Assembly (NCBI GenBank): GCA_963767925.1 | Contig: CAVYGB010000006.1 | Location: 160,001-224,000 of the forward strand | From: an uncultured delta proteobacterium | Lineage (GTDB): Bacteria; Myxococcota_A; Polyangia; Fen-1088 | DNA: 64,000 nucleotides | Direction of reading: 5' to 3' | Part shown: piece after piece, positions 8,889 through 18,063 of the stretch | How the letters are laid out: every line of letters begins with the position of its first letter | Position numbering within the stretch: the first letter of the stretch is position 1 | Position numbers and translations under genes: made by a program | The notes under the pieces: model-generated | Told to the model about the DNA's origin: nothing | Seen by the model: only the letters and a program-made list of their open reading frames with translations | The model's database searches: none

Positions 8889-9601
8889 ACGAGGAACAGA
8901 CCAGAGCGCGCGGACCCGCCGAGGCCGCGCCGTCCGACATGCGGCAGATGACCGACCGCGGGCGCAACATCGAGGACTCCAGCTTCGCCATCATCGACGC
9001 CGAGGCCGGGGAGCACGGCTTTGGCCCCCGCGACTGGCAGGTGGTGCGGCGGGTCGTGCACGCCACCGCCGACTTCGAGTTCGTGAAGCTCATGCGCCTG
9101 CACCCCGAAGCAGTGGCGGCAGGGGTGCGGGCCCTGCGCGGCGGCTGCCCGGTGCTCGTCGACGTCAAGATGATCGCCGCCGGGCTCAACGAGGACCGGC
9201 TGCGGGCCTACGGCTGCGCCATCCACTCCCACATCTCCGACGAGGACGTGATCGCCACCGCCCGGGCGGCCAACTCCACCCGGGCCATCGAGGCCATGCG
9301 CAAGGCCCACCGCCTGGGCCTGCTCGACGGCGCCGTGGTGGCCATCGGCAACGCCCCCACCGCCCTGCTCGAGCTGGTCCGGCTGGTAAACCAGGAGGGG
9401 GCCCGCCCGGCCCTCGTGATCGGCGTGCCGGTGGGGTTCGTGTCGGCGGCCGAGTCGAAGGAGGCCGCCCTGGGCCTCGCGGTCCCCACCATCGTGGCCC
9501 GCGGGCGCAAGGGGGGCAGCCCCATCGCGGTGGCCATCATCCACGCCCTCCTCCTCCTCAGCGTCGAGCCGAAGGCCGGCGAAGCGGGAGGGCCGGCGTG
9601 A
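8885..9601 (+). CDS. cbiC: Precorrin-8X methylmutase
   Basis: IEDSSFAII, RVVHATAD, AIGNAPTAL, PVGFVSAAESK, GRKGGS. Confidence 0.95.
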   Translation: MNEEQTRARGPAEAAPSDMRQMTDRGRNIEDSSFAIIDAEAGEHGFGPRDWQVVRRVVHATADFEFVKLMRLHPEAVAAGVRALRGGCPVLVDVKMIAAGLNEDRLRAYGCAIHSHISDEDVIATARAANSTRAIEAMRKAHRLGLLDGAVVAIGNAPTALLELVRLVNQEGARPALVIGVPVGFVSAAESKEAALGLAVPTIVARGRKGGSPIAVAIIHALLLLSVEPKAGEAGGPA

Positions 9602-10866
9602 AGCCCGGACGGGCGGTCCGCGTGATCGGCATCGGAGACGACGGCTGCAAGGGCCTGTCGGCCAGGGCCATGGAGGCGGTCCTCACCGCCGAGTGGCTGG
9701 TGGGGGGCGAGCGCCAGCTCGGTTTTTTCCCCCAGTTTCGCGGCGAGCGCATCGTGCTCAAAGGTGGCCTGCTGCCCGCCCTCGATCGGGTGGCGGCGCT
9801 GGCCGACGAGCACAACGTCTGCGTGCTGGCCTCGGGCGACCCGCTGTTCTTCGGGGTGGGAGGCCTGCTCGTCGAGCGGCTGGGGGCCGAACACGTCGAG
9901 GTGCTGCCGCAGCCGAGCGCTCTGCAGTGGGCCTTCGCCCGGGCGGGGCTGCGCTGGGACGACGCCGACTTTCTCTCGCTGCACGGCCGCTCGCGCGAGG
10001 GGTTCCTCACCCGCCTCCGCGGCAGCCGCAAGCTGGCCCTGTTCACCGACGCCAGCAACAACCCCGCCGCCCTGGCCGCCTTCCTGCTCGAGCACGGGCA
10101 GACCGGCTTTACCGCCTGGGTGTGCGAGAACCTGGGCGGCCCCGACGAGCGGGTGCGGCGCTTCTCGATCGCCGACCTGGCCGCCTGCGCCGACGTGGGC
10201 CCCCTCAACGTGCTCATCCTCGTGCGCGACGATCCGGCCTGGCGCCCGCCCCCCGCGATCCCCTTCCTGCACGAGGACGCCTTCGCCAAGCGCATGCCGA
10301 AGAAGGGCCTCATCACGAAACGGGAGGTGCGCCTGCTGTCGCTGGCCGCCCTGCAGATCCGCCCGGACAGCGTTGTCTGGGACATCGGCGCCGGCTCCGG
10401 CTCGGTGGCCATCGAGGCCGCGCTGCTGGCGCCCCGGGGCCGGGTCTACGCGATCGAGGTGGACCCCGAGGGGGTGGAGATCTGCCGGGACAACCTGCGC
10501 ACCCACGCCGTGGACAACGTGCGGGTCATCGCCGGGAGGGCCCCCGAGGCCCTGGCCGACCTGGAGGCGCCCGACGCCGTGTTCGTGGGCGGCAGCCAGG
10601 GCAGCCTCGAGGAGATCGCCGAGGTCGCCCTGCAGCGGCTGCGGCCGGGTGGCCGGCTGGTGGTCAACGCCATCACCCTCGACAACACCACCGAGGCCTA
10701 CGGGCTGTTCAAGCGGCACGGGCTCCTTCCCGAGGTGACCCTGCTGCAGGTGTCGCGCTCGCAGCCCATCGGCAAGGGGCCCGAGGCGGGGGGCCACCGC
10801 TACCTGCGCTTCGAGGCCCTCAACCCGATCCAGATCTTCGCGGTCAGCAAGGAAGGCAGCTCATGA
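9598..10866 (+). CDS. cbiET: Bifunctional precorrin-6Y C5,15-methyltransferase (decarboxylating), CbiE-CbiT
   Basis: VIGIGDDG, LASGDPLFFGVG, ITKREVR, WDIGAGSGSVAIE, PDAVFVGG. Confidence 0.93.
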   Translation: MKPGRAVRVIGIGDDGCKGLSARAMEAVLTAEWLVGGERQLGFFPQFRGERIVLKGGLLPALDRVAALADEHNVCVLASGDPLFFGVGGLLVERLGAEHVEVLPQPSALQWAFARAGLRWDDADFLSLHGRSREGFLTRLRGSRKLALFTDASNNPAALAAFLLEHGQTGFTAWVCENLGGPDERVRRFSIADLAACADVGPLNVLILVRDDPAWRPPPAIPFLHEDAFAKRMPKKGLITKREVRLLSLAALQIRPDSVVWDIGAGSGSVAIEAALLAPRGRVYAIEVDPEGVEICRDNLRTHAVDNVRVIAGRAPEALADLEAPDAVFVGGSQGSLEEIAEVALQRLRPGGRLVVNAITLDNTTEAYGLFKRHGLLPEVTLLQVSRSQPIGKGPEAGGHRYLRFEALNPIQIFAVSKEGSS

Positions 10867-11667
10867 CCGGCAACGGCGACGGCGCCCCCGCCCCACGCTC
10901 CGAAGGCGCCTCCCGGGCCAAGCTCTACGGCGTGGGGGTCGGCCCCGGCGCGCCCGATCTCCTCACCTTCCGCGCGCAGCGAGTCCTGCGCGAGAGCCAG
11001 GTGCTGGTGCTCCCGCGGGCCAACGACCACACCGGGTCGATGGCCTGGCGGATCGCCCGTTCGGTTGTGGGGGAGGTGCCCGGGCAAGAGCGCCTGTTCC
11101 TCACCTTCCCGATGCGCAAGGACCCCGACCTGCTGCGGCCGGCCTGGGACCGGGCCTTCGCCGAGATCGGGGCCCGCCTCGAGCGCGGGCTGACCGTCGC
11201 CTTCGTGACCGAGGGGGACCCCTCCGTCTACAGCACCTTCATCTATCTGGCCCGGGAGGCTCCCCGCCGCTGGCCCGGCGTCCCGGTCGAGGTGGTCCCG
11301 GGGGTCACCTCGGTCACGGCGGTGCCAGCGGTGACCGGCGTGCCGCTGGCCGACGGCCTCGAGCGGATCGCCATCGTGCCGGCCAACTACGGGGTGCCCG
11401 ACCTGGCCGAGCTCCTGCACGAAGTTCGACACCGTGGTCCTCATGAAGATCGGAGGTGAGATGCCGGCGGTGATCGAGGCCCTCGAGCGCACCGCCCTCA
11501 CCGACCGGGCGGTCTTCGTCTCCCGGGCCACCATGCCCGACCAGCGGATCGAGCGCGACGTGCGCCAGGTGGGGGCCGAACACGGCGACTGCTTCGCCAT
11601 GGTGGTGGTGGCCAAGAAGGAGCGCAACGGCGTGTTGCTCCCCGAGACGCCGGGGGGCGGACGATGA
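10863..11667 (+). pseudogene. cbiL: Precorrin-2 C20-methyltransferase with frameshift near 11417-11424 (possible sequencing error)
   Basis: LYGVGVGPGAPDLLT, EGDPSVYSTF and VVPGVTS in the first frame; FDTVVLMK...CFAMVVV continues in the next frame to 11667. Confidence 0.85.
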
Positions 11668-12791
11668 GCAGCGCGCGGCGGCCGTTCGCCGTCTATGCCA
11701 TCACCCGCCACGGGATCGAGATCGCCAGCCGCCTGCTGGCCGGGCTGCCCGAGGCCGACCTCTACGTCTCCGAGAAGCTGTTCGACCGGGCGCCGGCCGG
11801 GGCCCGGCGGCTGCCCCTGCCGATGGGGCCGCTGCTCACCGACGCCTTCTTCGCCTACGACTGCCACCTGTTCGTGATCAGCGTGGGGGCGGTGGTGCGC
11901 ATGGTGGCCCCCCTGCTGAAGAACAAGAAGGTCGACCCGGCGGTGCTGTGCGTGGACGACGCCAGCCGCTTCACCATCTGCGTGCTGTCGGGCCACGTCG
12001 GGCGGGGCAACGCCTTCACCGAGCGGGTGTCGACCCTCCTCGGCAACCAGGCGGTCATCACCACCGCCTCCGACGTCATCGGCACCCTCACGGTGGACAT
12101 CCTGGGGCGGGACCTGGGCTGGACCCTCGACGATCCCGACCGCAACGTCACCCGGGGCTGCGCCGCGGTGGTGAACGCCGCCCCGGTGCTGTTCGTGCAG
12201 GAGGCGGGCGAGGCGGGCTTCTGGCCCGAGGACCGGCCGCTGCCCGAGGGGGTGAGCTACACCCGCTCGCTCGAGGGGGTGGACCCCGCCGCCCACGAGA
12301 TCCTGCTCATCGCCAGCGACCGCGACCTGCGGGCCACCCACCCGGCCCACTTCGCCAACGCCGTTGTCTACCGGCCCAAGAGCCTGGTGCTCGGCATCGG
12401 CTGCGACCGGGGCACGGCGCCCGAGCTGATCGAGCGGGGGGTGGCGGCCTTGCTCGAGCGGTACGGCCTGTCGCAAAAGTGCGTGAAGGCGGTCGCCACC
12501 CTCGACCGGAAGGCCGACGAGCCCGGGCTGCTCGCCCTGTGCGAGCAGCACGGCTGGCCCCTGCGCGCCTTCACCGCCGCCGAGCTGGACGCCGTCCCCG
12601 GCATCGAGAACCCCTCGGCGGTGGTCGAGCGCCACGTGGGCACCCGGGGCGTGTCCGAGCCGGCCGCGCTGCTGGCGGCGGGGGCCGACCGCCTGCTGGT
12701 CGGCAAGCAGATCTACACCGAGCCCGGGGCCGGGCGCTCGATGACCCTGGCGGTGGCGCGCATCCCCTTTGCTCCCAGGAGACAGCCATGA
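11664..12791 (+). CDS. cbiG: Cobalt-precorrin-5A hydrolase
   Basis: GAVVRMVAP, DPAVLCVDD, LSGHVGRGN, VITTASD, LVLGIGC, GVSEPAAL. Confidence 0.93.
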   Translation: MSSARRPFAVYAITRHGIEIASRLLAGLPEADLYVSEKLFDRAPAGARRLPLPMGPLLTDAFFAYDCHLFVISVGAVVRMVAPLLKNKKVDPAVLCVDDASRFTICVLSGHVGRGNAFTERVSTLLGNQAVITTASDVIGTLTVDILGRDLGWTLDDPDRNVTRGCAAVVNAAPVLFVQEAGEAGFWPEDRPLPEGVSYTRSLEGVDPAAHEILLIASDRDLRATHPAHFANAVVYRPKSLVLGIGCDRGTAPELIERGVAALLERYGLSQKCVKAVATLDRKADEPGLLALCEQHGWPLRAFTAAELDAVPGIENPSAVVERHVGTRGVSEPAALLAAGADRLLVGKQIYTEPGAGRSMTLAVARIPFAPRRQP

Positions 12792-13720
12792 GCGACGGCA
12801 AGATCGACGGCGAGGGCGACGGCGACAGCGACAGCGCGGCGAGAGGCTCGCTCACCATCGTGGGCATCGGGCCGGGCGCGGAGGACCACACGACCCCCGC
12901 CGCCCTGCGGGCCATCCGGGAGGCGGAGGTGGTGGTCGGCTACACGACCTACATCCGGCTGGTGCGGCCGCTGCTCGCGGGCAAGGAGATCATCAAGACC
13001 GGCATGACCGAGGAGATCGGGCGAGCCCGGGCCGCGGTCGAGCGGGCCCGGGCGGGGGCCAAGGTGGTGATCATCTCCTCGGGAGACGCGGGGGTGTACG
13101 GCATGGCAGGCCTCGTGTTCCAGGTCCTGCAGGACATCGGCTGGCGGCGGGGGGACCCGCCCCGGCTGGGGATGGTGCCGGGCATGACCGCCCTGAACTC
13201 GACCGCCTCCCTGGTGGGGGCGCCGCTGGGGCACGACTTCTGCGCCATCTCCCTCTCCGATCTGCTGACCCCCTGGCCGATCATCGCCCGGCGGATCGAG
13301 GCGGCGGCGGCCTCCGACTTCGTGATCGGCCTTTACAACCCGGCCAGCGGGCGGCGGCAGCGGCAGCTCGTCGAGGCCCAGGCGATCATCCGCCGGCACC
13401 GCCCGGGGACCACGCCGGTGGGCCTGGTCAAGAGCGCCTACCGGAAGCTGCAGCAGGTGGACCTGACCGACCTCGATCACCTGCTGCAGTTCGAGATCGG
13501 CATGTTGACCACGGTGCTGGTCGGCTCGAGCCAGACCTTCGTCTACGAGGGGTACATGATCACGCCCCGGGGCTACACGAACAAGTACACCTGGGAGGGC
13601 GAGACGTTGCCCGGCCAGACCCCCGGTCGCAGCCTGGTGATCGACAGCGCGGCCACGGCCACGGCCACGGCGACAGCCACAGCGACAGCGCCGCCGCAGC
13701 CGTCGAGGGAGGAGCCATGA
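12788..13720 (+). CDS. cbiH: Precorrin-3B C17-methyltransferase
   Basis: IVGIGPG, ISSGDAGVYGMAG, GAPLGHDFCAISLSDLLTPW, MITPRGY. Confidence 0.93.
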   Translation: MSDGKIDGEGDGDSDSAARGSLTIVGIGPGAEDHTTPAALRAIREAEVVVGYTTYIRLVRPLLAGKEIIKTGMTEEIGRARAAVERARAGAKVVIISSGDAGVYGMAGLVFQVLQDIGWRRGDPPRLGMVPGMTALNSTASLVGAPLGHDFCAISLSDLLTPWPIIARRIEAAAASDFVIGLYNPASGRRQRQLVEAQAIIRRHRPGTTPVGLVKSAYRKLQQVDLTDLDHLLQFEIGMLTTVLVGSSQTFVYEGYMITPRGYTNKYTWEGETLPGQTPGRSLVIDSAATATATATATATAPPQPSREEP

Positions 13721-14142
13721 GCCGGGTGGGACGGCTGGCGGGGGCGCTGCTGGCCGAGACCGAGGGGCGCTACTTCCTGGTGGGCAACCTCAAGCGGCCT
13801 TGCGACTTCGCGGCCGCCGGGTTCGAGGCGCCGGCGGTGGCGGTCGATGCCCAGGCCCGGCCCTACCTCGAGCTGCGGCGGGCGGGCCGGTTCGCCGTCG
13901 ACAGCGTCTGGCTGGTGCTGCCCCTCGAGGGGGAGGCCCTCGCCCGGGAGCTGGCCGAGCGGATGGTGATCACCCGTACCGGATCGGTGAGCGACCGGCT
14001 GTGGCGGCTGATCCTGGGAGAGGACGAAGAAGACGCTGCCCCGGCCAGCCCACAACCCGGCGAGGTGCCAGCGGCCTGGGTGGTGGAGATGCCGGGGCGG
14101 GTGTGGGCGATCGTCCGGGACACCGTCCTGAGGTGCACGTGA
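13717..14142 (+). CDS. Hypothetical protein translationally coupled within the cbi operon
   Basis: RBS GGAGGAG; ATGA and GTGA overlaps with cbiH and cbiF; YFLVGNLKRPC...TGSVSDRLW. Confidence 0.75.
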   Translation: MSRVGRLAGALLAETEGRYFLVGNLKRPCDFAAAGFEAPAVAVDAQARPYLELRRAGRFAVDSVWLVLPLEGEALARELAERMVITRTGSVSDRLWRLILGEDEEDAAPASPQPGEVPAAWVVEMPGRVWAIVRDTVLRCT

Positions 14143-14903
14143 AGGTCTACGTGATCGGGGCGGGGCCGGGCGACCCGGGGCTGTTGACCCTGCGGGGGGC
14201 CGAGCTGATCGGGCGCTGCCCGGTGGTGCTGTACACCGGCTCGCTGGTGCCGCCCGAGGTCGTGGCGCGGGCCCGGGCCGACGCGCGCGTGCTGGACTCG
14301 TCGGGGATGACCCTCGACGAGATCGTCGCCGTCATCGTGGAAGCGCGCGACGCCGACCAGGACGTGGCCCGGGTGCACACCGGCGACCCCAGCCTGTTCG
14401 GATCGACGGCCGAGCAGATGCGGCGGCTGGAGGCCCTGGGCATCGCCTGCGAGGTGGTGCCGGGGGTCTCCTCCTTCAGCGCGGCGGCGGCGGCCCTCGG
14501 CAAGGAGCTGACCCTGCCCGAGCTGTCGCAGACCGTGATCCTCACCCGCGTCGAGGGGCGCACGCCGATGCCCCCGGGCGAGAAGCTGGCCGACCTGGCC
14601 CAGCACGGCGCCACCCTGGCCCTGTTTCTCAGCATCACCCTGCTCGACGAGGTGGCCCGGACGCTGATCCCGGCCTACGGCGCGGACTGCCCGGTCGCGG
14701 TCGTGCACCGGGCGAGCTGGCCCGATCAGAAGATCGTCACCGGCACCCTGGCCGACATCCACGCCAAGGTGAAGGCGGCCCGCATCCGCACCCAGTCGAT
14801 GATCCTGGTGGGCCGGGTCCTCACCGCGACCGACTTCGCCAACTCCCGCCTGTACGACCCCAGCTTCAGCCACCGCTACCGAAAGGCCCGGAGGACGCCA
14901 TGA
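14139..14903 (+). CDS. cbiF: Precorrin-4 C11-methyltransferase
   Basis: VYVIGAGPGDPGLLT, LYTGSLV, RVHTGDPSLFG, ELTLPELSQTVILTR, SRLYD. Confidence 0.95.
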   Translation: MKVYVIGAGPGDPGLLTLRGAELIGRCPVVLYTGSLVPPEVVARARADARVLDSSGMTLDEIVAVIVEARDADQDVARVHTGDPSLFGSTAEQMRRLEALGIACEVVPGVSSFSAAAAALGKELTLPELSQTVILTRVEGRTPMPPGEKLADLAQHGATLALFLSITLLDEVARTLIPAYGADCPVAVVHRASWPDQKIVTGTLADIHAKVKAARIRTQSMILVGRVLTATDFANSRLYDPSFSHRYRKARRTP

Positions 14904-15481
14904 AGGAAGGCAAATCCGAGGGCAACTCCGAGGGGCCGTCCCGGGAGGGATCCGAGGCGGCGCCGGAGCGGGGCCTGCTGATGGTCTACACCGGGCAGGG
15001 CAAGGGCAAGACCACGGCGGCGCTGGGCCTGTGCTTCCGGGCGCTGGGGCGGGGGATGAAGGTGGCGATGATCCAGTTCATCAAGGGCAAGTGGAAGACC
15101 GGCGAGCGCCTGTTCGCCGAGCGGCTGCCCGAGCTGACCTTCCTGGTGATGGGGCGCGGCTTCACCTGGAACAGCGACGACCTGTCGAAGGACAAGGAGG
15201 CCGCCCAGGCGGCCTGGGAGCAGGCCCGGGCGCTCATCGCCGGCGGCGAACACGCCCTGGTGATCCTCGACGAGCTGACCTACGTCCTCAACTACGGCTT
15301 CGTCCCGCTGGCCGACGTGCTGGCGGCGCTGGAGCAGCGGCCGCCGCAGGTGCACGTCGTGATCACCGGGCGCAACGCCCCCGAAGCGCTGGTGGCCCGC
15401 GCCGACCTCGTCACCGACATGCAGAACGTCAAGCACCCGTTCAGCCAGGGCCGGGCTGCCCAGCTCGGGATCGACTACTGA
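14900..15481 (+). CDS. cobO: Cob(I)yrinic acid a,c-diamide adenosyltransferase
   Basis: VYTGQGKGKTTAALG, QFIKG, VILDE, VITGRNAP, KHPF...GIDY. Confidence 0.95.
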   Translation: MKEGKSEGNSEGPSREGSEAAPERGLLMVYTGQGKGKTTAALGLCFRALGRGMKVAMIQFIKGKWKTGERLFAERLPELTFLVMGRGFTWNSDDLSKDKEAAQAAWEQARALIAGGEHALVILDELTYVLNYGFVPLADVLAALEQRPPQVHVVITGRNAPEALVARADLVTDMQNVKHPFSQGRAAQLGIDY

Positions 15482-15486
15482 CCGCC

Positions 15487-16956
15487 ATGAGCGCCGCCCA
15501 TCGCCGGATCCCGCGCATCGTTGTGGCGGGCACCAGCAGCGGGGTGGGCAAGACGAGCGCGGTGGTGGGGCTGTGCCGGGCGCTGCGGGCCCGCGGCCTT
15601 GTCGTGGCCCCCTTCAAGTGTGGACCCGACTACCTCGACCCCACCTACCACGCGCGGGCCTGCGGCCGGACCTGCCACAACCTCGACGGCTGGCTGATGG
15701 GCAAGCGCGCCGCCCTCGAGACCTTCGTGGCCGGGGCGGCGGGCGCCGACATCGCCGTGATCGAGGGGGTGATGGGCCTTTACGACGGCGCCTCCCCCAC
15801 CGAGGAGGCGGGATCGACCGCCGAGCTGGCCAAGTGGCTGGAGGCGCCGGTGCTGCTGGTGCTCGACGCGGGCGGCATGGCCCGCACCATCGCCGCGGTG
15901 GCAGGCGGCTTCGTGGCGTTCGACCCCGCCCTGGCGCTGGCGGGCGTCATCGCCAACCGGGTGGGCAGCCGGAGCCACCTGCAGCTCCTCGGGGAGGCGC
16001 TGCGCCGCCCGCCGGTGCTGGGCGGCTTCCCGGTGGCCGAAGGCCAGGCCTTCGCCAGCCGCCACCTGGGCCTGCGCACCGCCGATCGGGCGGCGGTCCC
16101 CGAGGAGCGTCTCGACGCCTGGGGCAGCCTGGTCGAGCAATGGTGGAACCTCGACGCGGTCCTGGCCCTCGCCCGCCAGGCCGCCGACCCGTCGCGCACC
16201 GCCGATACGCCCGCACCCACCGCCGCCGCCCCCGCACCCACCGCCGCCAGCCCGCCGCCCGCCCGCCCGCGCTGCCGCATCGGCTACGCGCTCGATGAGG
16301 CGTTTCATTTCTATTACGAAGACAACCTGCGCCGGCTGGCCGGGCTGGGCGCCGAGCTGGTGCCGTTTTCGCCGCTCCGGGACCGGCGTTTGCCCGAGGT
16401 GGACGGCCTGTACCTCGGCGGCGGCTACCCGGAGGTGCACGCGGCGACGCTGGCCGCCAACCGGGAGCTGGCCGCCGCCATCGGCGAATTTGCGCGGAGG
16501 GGACGTCCGGTCTACGCGGAATGCGGCGGCCTCATGTATCTTGCGCAAGCCATCGTGACCACCGAAGGAACCGCACATCCCATGGTTGGCTTGCTCCCCG
16601 GGCAAGCCGTCGTCTCCCCCCGCCTCGAAGCGCTCGGCTACGTCGAGGTCGAGCTCCAGCAGCCCTCGATCCTCGGGCCACCCGGCCTGCGCTTCCGGGG
16701 CCACCAGTTCCGCTACTCCCGCCTCGTCGGCGTCGGTGACGGCGCCGGCACCGGGGCAAGCGCCAGCGCCGAGGCAGGCGCCAGCGCCGACCGGGTCTAC
16801 TCCGTGCGCCGCCGCCGCGGCGGCGAGGTGACCCGCGAGGGCTACCGGGCCGGGACCGTCCTCGGCAGCTACGTGCACGCCCACTGGGCCTCCAACCCCC
16901 TCCTCGCCGAGCACCTCGTGCAAAGTTGCGCCTCCGGGGCCGGAGGGGGACGATGA
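15487..16956 (+). CDS. cbiA: Cobyrinate a,c-diamide synthase
   Basis: SGVGKT, FKCGPDYLDP, IEGVMGLYDG, AFHFYY, YAECGGLMYL, SYVHAH. Confidence 0.95.
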   Translation: MSAAHRRIPRIVVAGTSSGVGKTSAVVGLCRALRARGLVVAPFKCGPDYLDPTYHARACGRTCHNLDGWLMGKRAALETFVAGAAGADIAVIEGVMGLYDGASPTEEAGSTAELAKWLEAPVLLVLDAGGMARTIAAVAGGFVAFDPALALAGVIANRVGSRSHLQLLGEALRRPPVLGGFPVAEGQAFASRHLGLRTADRAAVPEERLDAWGSLVEQWWNLDAVLALARQAADPSRTADTPAPTAAAPAPTAASPPPARPRCRIGYALDEAFHFYYEDNLRRLAGLGAELVPFSPLRDRRLPEVDGLYLGGGYPEVHAATLAANRELAAAIGEFARRGRPVYAECGGLMYLAQAIVTTEGTAHPMVGLLPGQAVVSPRLEALGYVEVELQQPSILGPPGLRFRGHQFRYSRLVGVGDGAGTGASASAEAGASADRVYSVRRRRGGEVTREGYRAGTVLGSYVHAHWASNPLLAEHLVQSCASGAGGGR

Positions 16957-18057
16957 GCGCCCCCCGCGAGCACGGTGGTCTGGTGGCCGAGGAGCTCGCC
17001 CGCCTGGGCCTGCGCGCCTCGGACATCCTCGACTTCAGCGTCAACGTGAACCCCTACGGCCCCTCGCCGGCGGTGATCGCCGCCGCCCGGGCCGCGCCGA
17101 TCGACCGTTACCCCGACCCGACCGCGACCGAGCTGCGCCAGGCGCTGGCCCGGCTGCACGAGGTCCAGCCCGACGCCATCGTGGCCGGCAACGGCGCCGC
17201 CGATCTCCTCTGGACCCTGGCCCGCGCCCTGTGCCGCCCGCGCGACGCCGTGCTGGTCGTCGAGCCGACCTTCGCCGAGTTCCGCAGCGCCGCCACCGCC
17301 GTGGGGGCGGAGGTGATCGAGTGGCGGGCCTCCCCGGCCCGGGACTTCGCCGTCGACCTCTCGGAGGTGGAGCGCCTGCTGGGCCGGGCCGGCGCCCGCG
17401 TCCTCTACCTGTGCAGCCCGGGCAGCCCCAGCGGGTCCCACCTGCCGGTCGCCGACATCGCCGCCCTGGCCAGCCGCCTGCCGCGCGTGACGATCGTGCT
17501 CGACCAGGCCTTCGTGACCCTCAGCGAGCACCACCGCGACATCGAGCGTGCCGGTCCCGCCCAACGTCGTGAGGGTGCGCTCGCTGACCAAGGACCACGC
17601 CATCCCGGGCCTGCGGCTCGGCTACCTGGTGGCTCCGCCCGCCTTCTCCCGGCGGATCGAGGCCGGCCGGCCCCCCTGGACCACCAGCGCCATCGCCCAG
17701 GCCGCCGGCCTGGCCGCCGTGAAAGACGAGGCCTTCATCGAGAGCTCCCGGGAACGCCTGCTGGCCGATCGGCGCGCCCTGCAGGCCGAGCTGACCGAGC
17801 TGGGGCTGCAGCCGGTGCCGAGCTGCACCGGGTTCGTGGTGGTGCCGGTGCCCGCCGCCAGCGGGGACGGGCAGGAGCTGCGCAGCCGCCTGCTCGGCCG
17901 CCGCATCCTCGTGCGCAACTGCGCCTCGTTCGGCCTGCCCCGCCACATCCGGATCGCCGCCCGTCCGGCCGCCGACCGCGCGCAGCTCCTGGCCGCCCTG
18001 CGCGAGGTCGCCTTCGACGACGGCGCCCTGCGGACGGCGCGGCTGGCCGGCGGCTGA
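16953..18057 (+). pseudogene. cobD: Threonine-phosphate decarboxylase (PLP-dependent) with frameshift near 17547 (possible sequencing error)
   Basis: LDFSVNVNPYGP, YPDP and GNGA in the first frame; RSLTKDHAIPGLRLGY and ILVRNCASF in the shifted frame. Confidence 0.85.
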
Positions 18058-18063
18058 ACCGCG

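Noticed and set aside
4918..14142. Long tracked ORFs 4918..6966, 9693..11459, 11948..13720 and 12769..14142 as fusion proteins
   Set aside because: Their N-terminal parts are Arg/Pro/Gly-rich off-frame readings of the upstream genes; only the C-terminal portions are real
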